A stretch of DNA of 58,481 nucleotides from a virus. Taxonomy: Duplodnaviria > Caudoviricetes. Below are positions 1-8,648 of this stretch, in pieces. The first letter of the stretch is position 1. Each line of letters starts with the position of its first letter. The translations under genes were made by a program, and so were the position numbers. The stretch covers positions 1-58,481 of IMG/VR virus record IMGVR_UViG_3300034004_000010. One strand, 5' to 3'. The notes beneath the pieces are model-generated. The model did no database searches, had not been told where the DNA came from, and was given only the letters and a program-made list of their open reading frames with translations.

Positions 1-18
1 TTGGGGGGGGGGGGGGGG

Positions 19-120
19 GGGACGCGGCGGGGATCGGGTGGACTGGGGATGGGGATGACTGGGACCAGATCGCCCGTTCGGTCGACCAGGGTGGCTTGAC
101 ACCCTGTCATGACACCCTCT
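19..120. repeat. Direct terminal repeat, copy 1 (assembly circularity overlap)
   Basis: Identical to 58380-58481 (gggacgcggcgggg...tgacaccctct); preceded by a poly-G run. Confidence 0.95.
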
Positions 121-125
121 AGTGT
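96..125 (+). promoter_or_regulatory. SigA-type promoter, probably leaderless, overlapped by operator-like repeats
   Basis: TTGACA 96-101, 18-nt spacer, TAGTGT 120-125, ATG at 133; TGACACCCT at 97 and 110; palindrome TGTCATGACA 105-114. Confidence 0.7.
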
Positions 126-132
126 CCTACCT

Positions 133-345
133 ATGACGAACAGCGAGAACCTCATCAAGGGCCAGCAGGTCATCCACGACATGACCGGCCTCGGCCACAA
201 CGTGCTCGGCGAGTACATGGGCCCCATCGCCCCCTCCGCCAAGTTCCCTGAGGGTGGCCACCGCATCAAGGTCCGGGGCAAGACCGTCTACCTCAGCCGC
301 TCCCCTCAGCCCTACAGCGGCAGCCTCGTCGCGGCCCCCCGCTGA
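133..345 (+). CDS. Hypothetical protein
   Basis: ATG 7 nt after the -10 box; GC3-rich codons; next gene starts 2 nt after the stop. Confidence 0.7.
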   Translation: MTNSENLIKGQQVIHDMTGLGHNVLGEYMGPIAPSAKFPEGGHRIKVRGKTVYLSRSPQPYSGSLVAAPR

Positions 346-346
346 G

Positions 347-526
347 ATGCCGAGCAAGGGCACCACGCGGCGCAGCGTCCGCATTCCCGACGAGGAGTGG
401 GTAGCCGCTCAGAACGCCGCCGCAGTCCTCAAGACGGACCTCTCCACCGAGGTCCGTGCCGCCCTGCGCGCTCTCGTGAAGCGCGCCGCCCGCCAGCCCA
501 AGCCCGACACCGAGGAGACCCCGTGA
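347..526 (+). CDS. Ribbon-helix-helix DNA-binding protein
   Basis: MPSKGTTRRSVRIPDEEWVAAQNAAAVLKTDLSTEVRAALRALV: beta-strand RSVRI followed by two helices, the Arc/CopG pattern. Confidence 0.75.
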   Translation: MPSKGTTRRSVRIPDEEWVAAQNAAAVLKTDLSTEVRAALRALVKRAARQPKPDTEETP

Positions 527-735
527 GCCGCTACATCGTCTACATCAACTACACCGCCAGCCAGGCCGTGGAGGTCGAGGCCGACACCCCCGAGGCCGCC
601 TCGGACGAGGCGTACAACCAGGCGTCTGGTTCGCTCTGCCACCAGTGCGCCCACCACTTCACCCTAGGCGACCCGTTCGGCGAGACCATCGTCGACGCCG
701 TGACGGGCGACGAGATCCCCACCCCCACCCGCTGA
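523..735 (+). CDS. Hypothetical protein with CxxC
   Basis: GTGA overlap with the previous gene; GAGGAG RBS; LCHQC motif. Confidence 0.7.
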   Translation: MSRYIVYINYTASQAVEVEADTPEAASDEAYNQASGSLCHQCAHHFTLGDPFGETIVDAVTGDEIPTPTR

Positions 736-743
736 CTCGACGA

Positions 744-776
744 GGCCCTGCCCCCACTCGACCTGGGGGCAGGGCC
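744..776. terminator. Hairpin between convergent genes
   Basis: GGCCCTGCCCCCA-7 nt loop-TGGGGGCAGGGCC, a perfect 13-bp stem. Confidence 0.75.
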
Positions 777-781
777 GCTCG

Positions 782-2170
782 TCATTCTCCCCGCACCCTC
801 GGCGTGATCCGCACCGTCGCCGGGTCGAACCCCCGCCGCCCCCGAGGCGATGGCAACACCTCTACCCGCATCAACGCCGCCACCACCCCGCGCCGGATCA
901 TCAACGACGCCCCGTCGAAGTACCCCACCGGGTCCGCCGCCGACACCAGACCCGCCGCCCCCCTCCCCGCAGCGGTCCGCGCCTGCGCCTGCTCTACCCG
1001 CCGCAACTCACTGAGGAGCTTGTCGCGCTTCGTGGCGTAACGGCGGGCGTCGATCAAGTCCTCGTCGTAGTCGGCCTCCACCCGCTCCAGCCGACGCCGC
1101 AGCCTCGTCAACTCCTCCGCGAGCCTCTTCGCCGCCGGGTCATCCCGCGCCGGCAACAGGTCCGCCAGGTCCGGGCGGGCCAGCAGCGCCCGCGTCAACG
1201 TCACCACGTACTCATCGACCGGGCCCTGCGTCCGCGACATACCGCACGCCCGGCACCAGTACCGCGCCTGGGAGAACGACGTCAGCTCCGGCCGGTCAGG
1301 GCACGCCCCACACAGGTACAGCCCCGACCCCAGGTACTTGCGGTCAGTCCCCACCTGCGTCCTGCGCCGGGGGTCCGCCAGACGCGCCTGGATGACGTCG
1401 AACGTGGCCTCATCGACCAGCGGCTCCCACCCGCCGAGGGTGCCCGTCGTCTGCCCCTGATACTTCTGCCGGCCGCAGTACCGCGGGTTCGTCAGGATGC
1501 CGCGGACGCTCGACGGCTTCCACCGCTCCGCATGCCGGGGCCGCAGGCTCGTGCCGTCCAGCCACGTCGTCAACCCGGCAAGGGACTCGCCAGCGGCGAA
1601 GAGGGCGAACACCTCCCGGATCACGTCTGCCTCCGCGGGGACGAGTTCACCCGCCGACGTGTACCCGGTGAGGCGCACCCCCAGGGGTGGCTTGCCGAGA
1701 TCGGCGCGCTGCCGGTTCGACCGCTTCCTGCGTGCACTGTTGCGCAGCACCTCACCGGCCGCGAACGCCAACTTCACCCGCGCCTGCGTGATCCCGTTGT
1801 CCGTCGTCAGGTCCGCGTCCCCGGACGACGTGACCAGCAGCAGTCCCCGGTCGGCTGCGGCGTCGATCCAGTCCTCGAGCTGGCGTGGCTGGCGGGTGAG
1901 CCGGTCCAGGTCGTAGCAGACGAGGGCGTCGAACCTGCCGGCGGCGTAGTCCTCGACGAGCGCGTTGTACCCGGGCCGATCCTTGCGCTTGTCAGATGCG
2001 GAGATGGAGTTGTCGACGTACTCGCGGACGATCGCCCACCCCCGGGACGCGGCGATGCGTCGGCAGTCCTCGCGCTGACGGGTCACGGCTAGGAGTTCGC
2101 CGGTGGCGTCGAGGGAGACGCGCAGGTAGAGGGCGCAGCGGGCACCGGCAGTAGCGTGAGCGTCAGGCAC
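782..2170 (-). CDS. int: Large serine integrase
   Basis: N-terminal YLRVS catalytic motif, DNSISAS, DLDRLTR; recombinase domain (LTNPRYCG...WEPLV); Zn ribbon CGAC...CRAC; coiled coil. Confidence 0.95.
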   Translation of the reverse strand: MPDAHATAGARCALYLRVSLDATGELLAVTRQREDCRRIAASRGWAIVREYVDNSISASDKRKDRPGYNALVEDYAAGRFDALVCYDLDRLTRQPRQLEDWIDAAADRGLLLVTSSGDADLTTDNGITQARVKLAFAAGEVLRNSARRKRSNRQRADLGKPPLGVRLTGYTSAGELVPAEADVIREVFALFAAGESLAGLTTWLDGTSLRPRHAERWKPSSVRGILTNPRYCGRQKYQGQTTGTLGGWEPLVDEATFDVIQARLADPRRRTQVGTDRKYLGSGLYLCGACPDRPELTSFSQARYWCRACGMSRTQGPVDEYVVTLTRALLARPDLADLLPARDDPAAKRLAEELTRLRRRLERVEADYDEDLIDARRYATKRDKLLSELRRVEQAQARTAAGRGAAGLVSAADPVGYFDGASLMIRRGVVAALMRVEVLPSPRGRRGFDPATVRITPRVRGE

Positions 2171-2190
2171 CCGGCCAAACCTGCCACACG

Positions 2191-2238
2191 GTGTTGCTGC
2201 GCGCCGTAACGTCGTCGAGTTCCGTCATGCACCAACAC
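2191..2238. other. Candidate attP site
   Basis: 48-bp imperfect inverted repeat GTGTTGCTGC...GCACCAACAC (9/10) with inner symmetry and central GT at 2214-2215, directly upstream of the integrase start. Confidence 0.65.
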
Positions 2239-2261
2239 GTTGAGTGCGGGGGCAAAGTGAA

Positions 2262-2296
2262 GCCCCTCAACCCGGGGTCCGGGGGTTGAGGGGCTC
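2262..2296. terminator. Hairpin terminator downstream of the repressor operon
   Basis: AGCCCCTCAACCCC / GGGGTTGAGGGGCT stem. Confidence 0.7.
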
Positions 2297-2310
2297 GCTG
2301 TCGTGCCTGG

Positions 2311-2529
2311 CTAGGACGCCATAGGCCTTCGGAGCCCGGCGTCCATCTGCTGATCCAGCCAGGTGATCGTGTCAACGGCGGCGATGGTCACCCGCACGTC
2401 GCCGGGGCGATCCGGGAACCACGCGCCGAACGCCAACCCCCCGAGGCTGGGACGGAACACGATGTCGTAGTCGGAGTGGGACACCGGCCGGTCCGTGGCC
2501 AGAGTCTTCGAGTCGGTTGGGTTGCTCAC
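2311..2529 (-). CDS. Hypothetical protein
   Basis: 72-aa ORF co-oriented between the repressor and the integrase. Confidence 0.5.
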   Translation of the reverse strand: MSNPTDSKTLATDRPVSHSDYDIVFRPSLGGLAFGAWFPDRPGDVRVTIAAVDTITWLDQQMDAGLRRPMAS

Positions 2530-2699
2530 TGCGGCGGTACCCCCACCATCACATTGCCTTGCCTGAAGGGGACGGGCACCGGGGTCGGCGCCTCGTCACC
2601 GTCGGCCCCCGGCCGGCGACTCCCTCACCCTATGCACCCCCACCGTCACAGCCGAGCGATGAACGGGGTGGGCATCCCCCGAACATGGGGGGTGTCGCG

Positions 2700-3215
2700 C
2701 TAGCTTCCGTCGCCCCGATGCGCGTCATCCGACCCACGCGCCACCCGTGACTGGTCGAACTCCCGGATCGCCTCCAGCGCAGCCGCCCGAGCCCGCGCCA
2801 ACGCCAACTCCCGCTCCACCGGCGTCAACTGCTCCAGCACCCCACGGGGGAAGCTCAGCACCACCCGGCCCTCGTCACCGCTCGTTGTCACTACATCGAC
2901 TCCGTCCAATGCCGCCACGACATCCCCGGGGCTCGCCCGGTACCTCCCGCCCCCGAGAGGCGTCAGGTGCAGGCCCAGTACCCGCTCGAGGGCCTCATGC
3001 ACTGCCTTCGACCGCACAGCGGCCGGCCGCTCAGCGTTCTCCCATGCGCTGACAGCGCGGAGGGAGACGCCCACGTCCCGCGCGAACTGCGCCTGAGAGA
3101 CGTGGTTCTGCTCCCGGTAGCGCTTCACGAGCTCGCCGATCGTCGCGGACACGGCGACATCGTTGACCCATCCATCACCCACAGCAACACCCGCTGCCTC
3201 CCGAAGTGCGTGCAC
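2700..3215 (-). CDS. Immunity repressor (XRE/Cro-C1 HTH); true start probably downstream of 3215
   Basis: IGELVKRYREQNHVSQAQFARDVGVSLRAVSAWEN HTH_3 motif; divergent from the cro-like gene, next to the integrase. Confidence 0.85.
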   Translation of the reverse strand: MHALREAAGVAVGDGWVNDVAVSATIGELVKRYREQNHVSQAQFARDVGVSLRAVSAWENAERPAAVRSKAVHEALERVLGLHLTPLGGGRYRASPGDVVAALDGVDVVTTSGDEGRVVLSFPRGVLEQLTPVERELALARARAAALEAIREFDQSRVARGSDDAHRGDGS

Positions 3216-3352
3216 TGTTGCGGGTCACAGTGGCAGGGTTGTGCGCAAGGTCGCTAGTGGCGCGCAGTAGGGGGCGCCCCATGCGGGGCGCATCGGGACA
3301 TCGGCCCTGCTCCACCGTTCGCATGAACTGCACAACAGACACGCGTTACTGC

Positions 3353-3381
3353 TTGTCAACTGCGCATGAGATGCGTACTGT
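3353..3381 (+). promoter_or_regulatory. Early lytic promoter (leaderless)
   Basis: TTGTCA 3353-58, 17-nt spacer, TACTGT 3376-81, ATG at 3389; flanked by the inverted repeat CTTGTCA...TGACAAG. Confidence 0.7.
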
Positions 3382-3388
3382 CGCACTC

Positions 3389-3622
3389 ATGACAAGAACC
3401 GCTCGGATCGTAGACACGGTCCGCTTGCGGACCCTGCGGGAGGACCGCATCGGGTCCCAGACCGCCCTCGCCCTCGAAGTCGGCGCCAGTTGGCGATCCG
3501 TCGCCCGCTGGGAAGCCGGCAGCACCCAGCCCTCTCCCACCACGCTCGTGAAGCTGGCGGAAGTCCTGGGAGCCCCCCTCGATGACTTCGCGCCCCGCGT
3601 GCCCATCGAGGCCGCCGCGTGA
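3389..3622 (+). CDS. Cro-like HTH regulator
   Basis: LRTLREDRIGSQTALALEVGASWRSVARWEAGSTQPS...LVKLAEVLG XRE HTH. Confidence 0.85.
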   Translation: MTRTARIVDTVRLRTLREDRIGSQTALALEVGASWRSVARWEAGSTQPSPTTLVKLAEVLGAPLDDFAPRVPIEAAA

Positions 3623-3750
3623 AGACCATCGCCGAGGCCGCCGCCGAACTCCTCGCGGACTGGCCCGCACCCACCCCGCAGCAGCGCGACGAACTCCGCG
3701 CCCTGCTCACCGCCGTCAAGCCAGCGGAGCGGCCCAGCGAAGCCGCCTAG
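3619..3750 (+). CDS. Small hypothetical protein (43 aa)
   Basis: GTGA overlap; VKTIAEAAAELLADWPAPTPQQRDELRALL; not in the supplied ORF track. Confidence 0.6.
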   Translation: MKTIAEAAAELLADWPAPTPQQRDELRALLTAVKPAERPSEAA

Positions 3751-3943
3751 ACCCCCGTCTCGCCCGGCGTGGGGAAGCGCTTGGCGGGACGGGACACCAC
3801 TCAGCACCACCAGCAACAAGCAGCAGGCCCCCGCAGCGGAGTTCGGATCTCACCGCTGCGAACGGCGAGAACTCCACGGCGGGGGCCGGCTGATCAGTGA
3901 CCGCAAGGGCGGCTTTCGCCGTCCCCTACGAGACGAGTGTGAC

Positions 3944-4288
3944 ATGACCGCTTCGCCCGTTCCACCCCCCGCGTACGTCGCCAACGTCATCACCATGGAC
4001 CGGCACACCGCCGCCCTCCTCGGCACCGCCGACCTGAACCCCCTCGACAGCGGCGCGGACCAGTTCGAGGTCCCCATCACCCTGTCGGGCACCAGCGAGC
4101 ACAGCCCCATCGCGCAGGCCGAGATCGCCATCCAGGACGCCATGCGGCCCGTGTACGGCCGGGAGACGTGCGCAGTCCTGTGGCGCGACCGGGACTGCGG
4201 CACGTTGTTCGTGATGCACAAGGGGCACCTTGAGCCCGTTGCCGCCCTGGAGCTCATCCCGGCGCAGCGGACGGGGCGTGCGGCATGA
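3944..4288 (+). CDS. Hypothetical protein
   Basis: ORF in the translationally coupled early operon. Confidence 0.65.
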   Translation: MTASPVPPPAYVANVITMDRHTAALLGTADLNPLDSGADQFEVPITLSGTSEHSPIAQAEIAIQDAMRPVYGRETCAVLWRDRDCGTLFVMHKGHLEPVAALELIPAQRTGRAA

Positions 4289-4563
4289 AGACCGCCGAGA
4301 TCGAGTCCGACATCGTCGTCCTGCACCGCCTGGCCCGCATGTGGCTCGACGGGACCACCCGCATCGTCATCGACCAGCGCGGCATCACCATCACCGTTCC
4401 CACTGACGCCGCAGCACGCCGGATCACCGAGTCTCACGGTCTGCGCCGCGCCACCACCCTCGTCCAGACCTGGGTCGGGATGGTGGGAGAGGTAGTCGTC
4501 ACGGTCACCGTCGAGCAGGGGACCGCCCCGATCGCCCCTCGGCAGCGGGCAGGCACCTCGTGA
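4285..4563 (+). CDS. Hypothetical protein
   Basis: ATGA overlap. Confidence 0.65.
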   Translation: MKTAEIESDIVVLHRLARMWLDGTTRIVIDQRGITITVPTDAAARRITESHGLRRATTLVQTWVGMVGEVVVTVTVEQGTAPIAPRQRAGTS

Positions 4564-4847
4564 CCACCCTGAGCCTCGTCGATGTCGCCGGCGTCATCGC
4601 CCGCCTCGACGGACGCATCCCCGACGGCGTCACCGTCCACCAGATGTTCGACGGGCAGCGCACCGTCACCCTCTCCACCACCAGCGACCAGACCGCGCGG
4701 CTCCTCGCCGCCTACCTGGACCTGCACCCCTGCCGCCCCTCGGACGCCCGCATCACCCGCTGGCGCGGCGCCACCCCCATCAACGACAAGCACGCCGTCC
4801 TGTGCGTCGAGCACGTCGACCGCATGTTCGGAACGGAGGCAGCGTGA
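4560..4847 (+). CDS. Hypothetical protein
   Basis: GTGA overlap. Confidence 0.65.
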   Translation: MTTLSLVDVAGVIARLDGRIPDGVTVHQMFDGQRTVTLSTTSDQTARLLAAYLDLHPCRPSDARITRWRGATPINDKHAVLCVEHVDRMFGTEAA

Positions 4848-5041
4848 TGGCAACCCCAGCCGAGGTTGAGGCGCTGCGCGAGTGGGCAGCGGCCAACCCC
4901 ATCCATGCCGTCACCGACCTGACCCACTTCGCGTGGTCCATCGTCACGGGCCACTGCGGCTACTGCGGCGACCCTGACTGCCACCCCGACCGTCTCTGCA
5001 CTGAGACTCGCGAATGCGAGCGGTGCGGGGGTGCGGCGTGA
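4847..5041 (+). CDS. Small Cys-rich hypothetical protein
   Basis: TGATG overlap, GGAGG RBS; CGYC and CERC motifs. Confidence 0.6.
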   Translation: MATPAEVEALREWAAANPIHAVTDLTHFAWSIVTGHCGYCGDPDCHPDRLCTETRECERCGGAA

Positions 5042-5823
5042 CCAACAACCAGCCGACAAGCCTCGGCCTGCGCCGCATCAACACCGGTCGCGGTCACCGC
5101 TACGAGCTCGACGGCCGCCAGGTCGACGGCGTCACCACCCTCCTCAAGGACGGGCTGCCCAAGCCGGCCCTCGTCGGGTGGGGCATCAAGTCCGTCGCCG
5201 AGTACGTCGCCGACAACCTCGACGCCGTCTACGGGATGCAGCCGATGGGCCGCAACGCCATCGTCCAGGCCCTCAAGCAGGCCCCGTACAGCCAGCGCGA
5301 CGAGGCCGCCAATCGCGGCACCCAGGTCCACGCCCTTGCCGAGAAGCTCATCAAGGATGAAGCGGTCGAGGTCCCGGAGCCGCTGCGCGGACATGTCGAG
5401 TCCTACGCCCGGTACCTCGACGAGTGGCAGCCCGAACCGGTCCTCGTCGAGGTGCCGGTGGCGCACCGCAAGGGCTGGTACGCCGGCACCCTCGACACCG
5501 TCGTCCGCCTCCCCGACGGGCGCGTCTGCCTGGACGACATCAAGACCACCAGGTCAGGCGTCTACGGCGAGACGGCCCTGCAGATCGCCGCGTACCGGTT
5601 CGCCGAGTTCTACGTCGGCGACGACGGCCTCGAGCACCCGATGGCCGACCTCAACATCACCGACACCCGCGTCGTGTGGGTCCGAGCGGATGGCTTCGAT
5701 GTCATCCCTGTCAAGGCCGACGACGACGCGTTCCTCACCTTCAAGTACGTCGCCACCGTGGCCCGAGCCGCACGCGGACTCAAGGAGCTGGTCGGCACAC
5801 CCATCTATCAGGAGGCATCGTGA
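5038..5823 (+). CDS. PD-(D/E)XK (Cas4/RecE-like) exonuclease
   Basis: GVTTLL, RGTQVH, E-VPV, YAGTLD, DIKT, LQIAAY motifs; paired with a RecT-like gene. Confidence 0.85.
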   Translation: MTNNQPTSLGLRRINTGRGHRYELDGRQVDGVTTLLKDGLPKPALVGWGIKSVAEYVADNLDAVYGMQPMGRNAIVQALKQAPYSQRDEAANRGTQVHALAEKLIKDEAVEVPEPLRGHVESYARYLDEWQPEPVLVEVPVAHRKGWYAGTLDTVVRLPDGRVCLDDIKTTRSGVYGETALQIAAYRFAEFYVGDDGLEHPMADLNITDTRVVWVRADGFDVIPVKADDDAFLTFKYVATVARAARGLKELVGTPIYQEAS

Positions 5824-6563
5824 CCGAGCTCGACGTCCGCCAGAACGGGACAGTCGCCTACCCGACCCACCCGGCCCTCTCCGTCGAGTCACACGTGGGC
5901 CGTTGGGCCGCCGACGTCGTTGAGGTCCACCGGGTCGCCATCTCCCTGGCCAAGACCAGCTTCGTCCCGCAGTCCATGCGGGGGAAGCCCGAGGAGGTCA
6001 CCGCAGCCATCCTCGCGGGCCGGGAGATCGGCTTGGAGCCGATGACCGCTCTCCGCTCCATCGACATCATCCAGGGCGTCCCCGCCATGCGGGCCCTCAC
6101 CCTCCGCGGCCTCGTCCAGTCCGCCGGCCACGAGATGTGGGTCAAGGAATCGACCGACACCCGCGCCATCGTCGAGGGCCGCCGCAAGGGCAGCGAGCAC
6201 GTCGAGCGATCCGTCTGGTCCATCGACCGGGCCGCGAAGCTTGGCCTGACCAGCAAGGACAACTGGAAGAAGCAGCCCGGCGCGATGCTCATCGCCCGCG
6301 CCACTTCGGAGATCGCCCGCCTCATCGCCGCCGACGTCCTCATGGGCATGCCGTACAGCATCGAGGAACTCGACCACGGCACCGAGACCGCGGAGGCAGC
6401 GCCCGCCACCGTCCGCCGGCGCCGCGCCGAACCCGCGCCCGAGGTCGAGCGGCCAGCCCTCCCTGAGACCCCCGCGCCCGTGGACATGAACACGGGCGAG
6501 GTCACGGTCGAGGACCCGCCCACCGACGCCCTCCTCGCGGAAGAGCCGGAGGGGTGGCGATGA
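5820..6563 (+). CDS. RecT-like single-strand annealing protein
   Basis: GREIGLEPMTAL, I-QG-P, NWKKQPGAMLIARATSEIAR...GMPYSIEEL; follows the exonuclease. Confidence 0.75.
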   Translation: MTELDVRQNGTVAYPTHPALSVESHVGRWAADVVEVHRVAISLAKTSFVPQSMRGKPEEVTAAILAGREIGLEPMTALRSIDIIQGVPAMRALTLRGLVQSAGHEMWVKESTDTRAIVEGRRKGSEHVERSVWSIDRAAKLGLTSKDNWKKQPGAMLIARATSEIARLIAADVLMGMPYSIEELDHGTETAEAAPATVRRRRAEPAPEVERPALPETPAPVDMNTGEVTVEDPPTDALLAEEPEGWR

Positions 6564-6925
6564 CCGCCCAGCACGACAACGTCATCCCGCTGCCCCTGGA
6601 CTGGGAGCCCCAGCTCGAGGCACTGGCCGAGGCTCGCCGCTACCCGCAGGACCACCTCGACAGCCTCCTGCTCGAGGCAGCCCAGGGCGACGCCGCCATC
6701 GGCACCCTCGTCACCGCCGGCCGCGCCATCCGCGTCCCCACCGCCGACGACCCCCGCACCGAGCAGGCCATCCGCCACGCCGTCCGCATGGAACAGCGCC
6801 TCGCCGAGATCGAGGAGCTGGCGCACCGCTGGGCCGCGATGAAGTCCGGCCAGATGCGCGGCGTCGGCAACACCCTCCTCGACGTCATCAACGGGACGCC
6901 CGGCGACCCCGACAACGCCGCTTAG
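6560..6925 (+). CDS. Hypothetical protein
   Basis: ATGA overlap. Confidence 0.65.
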   Translation: MTAQHDNVIPLPLDWEPQLEALAEARRYPQDHLDSLLLEAAQGDAAIGTLVTAGRAIRVPTADDPRTEQAIRHAVRMEQRLAEIEELAHRWAAMKSGQMRGVGNTLLDVINGTPGDPDNAA

Positions 6926-6956
6926 TCCCGCCCCAACCTTCCCCAGGAGTTCTGTC

Positions 6957-7214
6957 ATGCCCACGTTCGACGACTACGGCCTGGAGGAGTACCGCCTCCA
7001 GGCGGACCCCCAGCGCATCGGCCCCCGCCACCGCCGCGAGGGACGCCCCAGCACCGGCCTGCGCGTCACCGCCGCCACTACGGCGGCCAGCCTCGCGCAG
7101 GGCGCCCGTCAGGGCCTGCGGGACGGCGCCCGCGCCGCCCTCGCCCTCGACGTCCCCACCTCCACCCCAACCGGCACCGCCCGGTTCCAGCGCGTCTGGA
7201 GGACGTTCCAGTGA
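6957..7214 (+). CDS. Hypothetical protein
   Basis: AGGAG RBS upstream. Confidence 0.6.
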   Translation: MPTFDDYGLEEYRLQADPQRIGPRHRREGRPSTGLRVTAATTAASLAQGARQGLRDGARAALALDVPTSTPTGTARFQRVWRTFQ

Positions 7215-7450
7215 GCCGCATCATCCGCCGGCGGCAGCGCCCCACCGCGCGGCCCCATGACCTGGGTGAGCACCGCAACGTCGTAGGCAACTTCGGCATC
7301 CGCCTCGGCGCCGTCGTGAACGTCGGCGCCGCCTGGGTGGCCGTGTGCGGCGACTGCCGAATCCCGCTCGACCCCTGCGAGACCGACGAACTCGCCGTCG
7401 GCACCCTCAGCGACCACTGGGCCGCACGACACCCGGGCGTCGCCGCGTGA
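7211..7450 (+). CDS. Hypothetical protein with CxxC...H...H
   Basis: GTGA overlap. Confidence 0.6.
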   Translation: MSRIIRRRQRPTARPHDLGEHRNVVGNFGIRLGAVVNVGAAWVAVCGDCRIPLDPCETDELAVGTLSDHWAARHPGVAA

Positions 7451-7659
7451 CCGCCCCGGCGCCCTGCGCGACCTGCCGGCACGAGGTGCTGCACATCGCC
7501 GAGGTCGACCGCGTCCTCAACCGGTTCACCAGGCGCGCCGCCCACCAGCCCCGCATCCGCCGCCAGCTCGAGACCTACCGCGAAGCGCGCCGTGCCGCGA
7601 AAGCCCGCCACGACGCCCATCTCGCGCGCGACCACGGACGACAGGAGGCCGCAGCGTGA
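7447..7659 (+). CDS. Hypothetical protein
   Basis: GTGA overlaps at both ends. Confidence 0.55.
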   Translation: MTAPAPCATCRHEVLHIAEVDRVLNRFTRRAAHQPRIRRQLETYREARRAAKARHDAHLARDHGRQEAAA

Positions 7660-8042
7660 CCACCACCCAGGCACTCGACGTCCAGATCGCCGTCGGCCCC
7701 GGCTTCGTCTCCCAGCTCCTCAACGCCAACGACCGGGGCCACTGGGCCACCAAGGAAGCCCGCCGCCGCTACTGGCTCGACACCACCATGTACCGCCTCC
7801 GCGGCCACGCTGGCTTCGGCGACCAGCACGTCCACATCGTCGTCACCATCGCCTGGCCCGACCGCCGGCGCCGCGATATCGGGAACCTCGCTCCGACGGC
7901 AAAAGTGCTGGTCGATGCGGCAGTCCGCGCCGGGATCTTGGTGGACGACTCAGACCGCTACGTCACCGGCCCCGACCTCCGCCGCGCCTACGGCCCCCAC
8001 CAGATCCGCATGACCATCACCCCGACAGGAGCGGCAGCGTGA
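7656..8042 (+). CDS. RusA-like Holliday junction resolvase
   Basis: LLNAN..HW, PDRRRRDIGNLAPTAKVLVD, GILVDDS motifs. Confidence 0.7.
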   Translation: MTTTQALDVQIAVGPGFVSQLLNANDRGHWATKEARRRYWLDTTMYRLRGHAGFGDQHVHIVVTIAWPDRRRRDIGNLAPTAKVLVDAAVRAGILVDDSDRYVTGPDLRRAYGPHQIRMTITPTGAAA

Positions 8043-8590
8043 ACGGCCCCACGCCCGGCGCAGTCGCCGGCACCACCAGCACCCGCCAGCCCGACAACTG
8101 GCGCACCCACGCCGCCTGCAGCGGCGCCCCCCTCGGCCTCTGGTTCGCACCCGACCAGGAACGCGCCACCGCCCGCCGAGAGCGCGAAGACAAGGCCAAG
8201 GCCATCTGCGCCACCTGCCCCGTCAAGACCCAGTGCCTCGACGAAGCCGTCACCGACCGCCTCGCCGGCGTCTGGGGCGGCCTCACCGACGAAGAACGCC
8301 ACATCCGCGCCACCACAGCCCGCCCCGGCGGCGCCCTCGACGACAAGTGCGGCACCCCCGGCGGACGAGGCCGCCACAAGCGCGCCGGAACACCCCCATG
8401 CCGCGCCTGCCTCGACTACGAGAACTGGCGCCGCGACCAGTCCTTCCTCCGCGCCTGGGACGCCGCACAGCCCCTCATCGCCCGCGGCTACACCCGCGAA
8501 CAAGCCGCCGCCGAACTCGGCGTCACCGTCGAGTCCGTGGAGCGCGCCGAACGCACCGCGCGCCACCACCGCCAACAGAACGCCGCATAG
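8039..8590 (+). CDS. WhiB-family transcription factor with an extra Cys cluster and C-terminal HTH
   Basis: W...AAC...WF...AKAICATCPVKTQCL...GVWGGLTDEER; then CGT...H...PCRAC; TREQAAAELGVTVESVER. Confidence 0.9.
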   Translation: MNGPTPGAVAGTTSTRQPDNWRTHAACSGAPLGLWFAPDQERATARREREDKAKAICATCPVKTQCLDEAVTDRLAGVWGGLTDEERHIRATTARPGGALDDKCGTPGGRGRHKRAGTPPCRACLDYENWRRDQSFLRAWDAAQPLIARGYTREQAAAELGVTVESVERAERTARHHRQQNAA

Positions 8591-8648
8591 ACCAGCACGC
8601 CGGCCGGGGGGCCGAACGCCTCGACCGACCTGAGACACAGGAGCCCCC

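Noticed and set aside
1-21. Poly-G tract as a biological feature
   Set aside because: The corresponding sequence before the second repeat copy (58360-58379) is not poly-G. It is most likely a sequencing or assembly end artefact.
19-120. Terminal repeat as the physical virion end (DTR)
   Set aside because: A ~100-bp overlap far from the terminase genes fits assembler circularisation better. HNH plus terminase organisation suggests cos ends near 15.9 kb.
5038-5823. Cas4-like nuclease as part of a CRISPR system
   Set aside because: No repeat-spacer array or other cas genes were seen. It pairs with a RecT-like gene as an ordinary phage recombination module.
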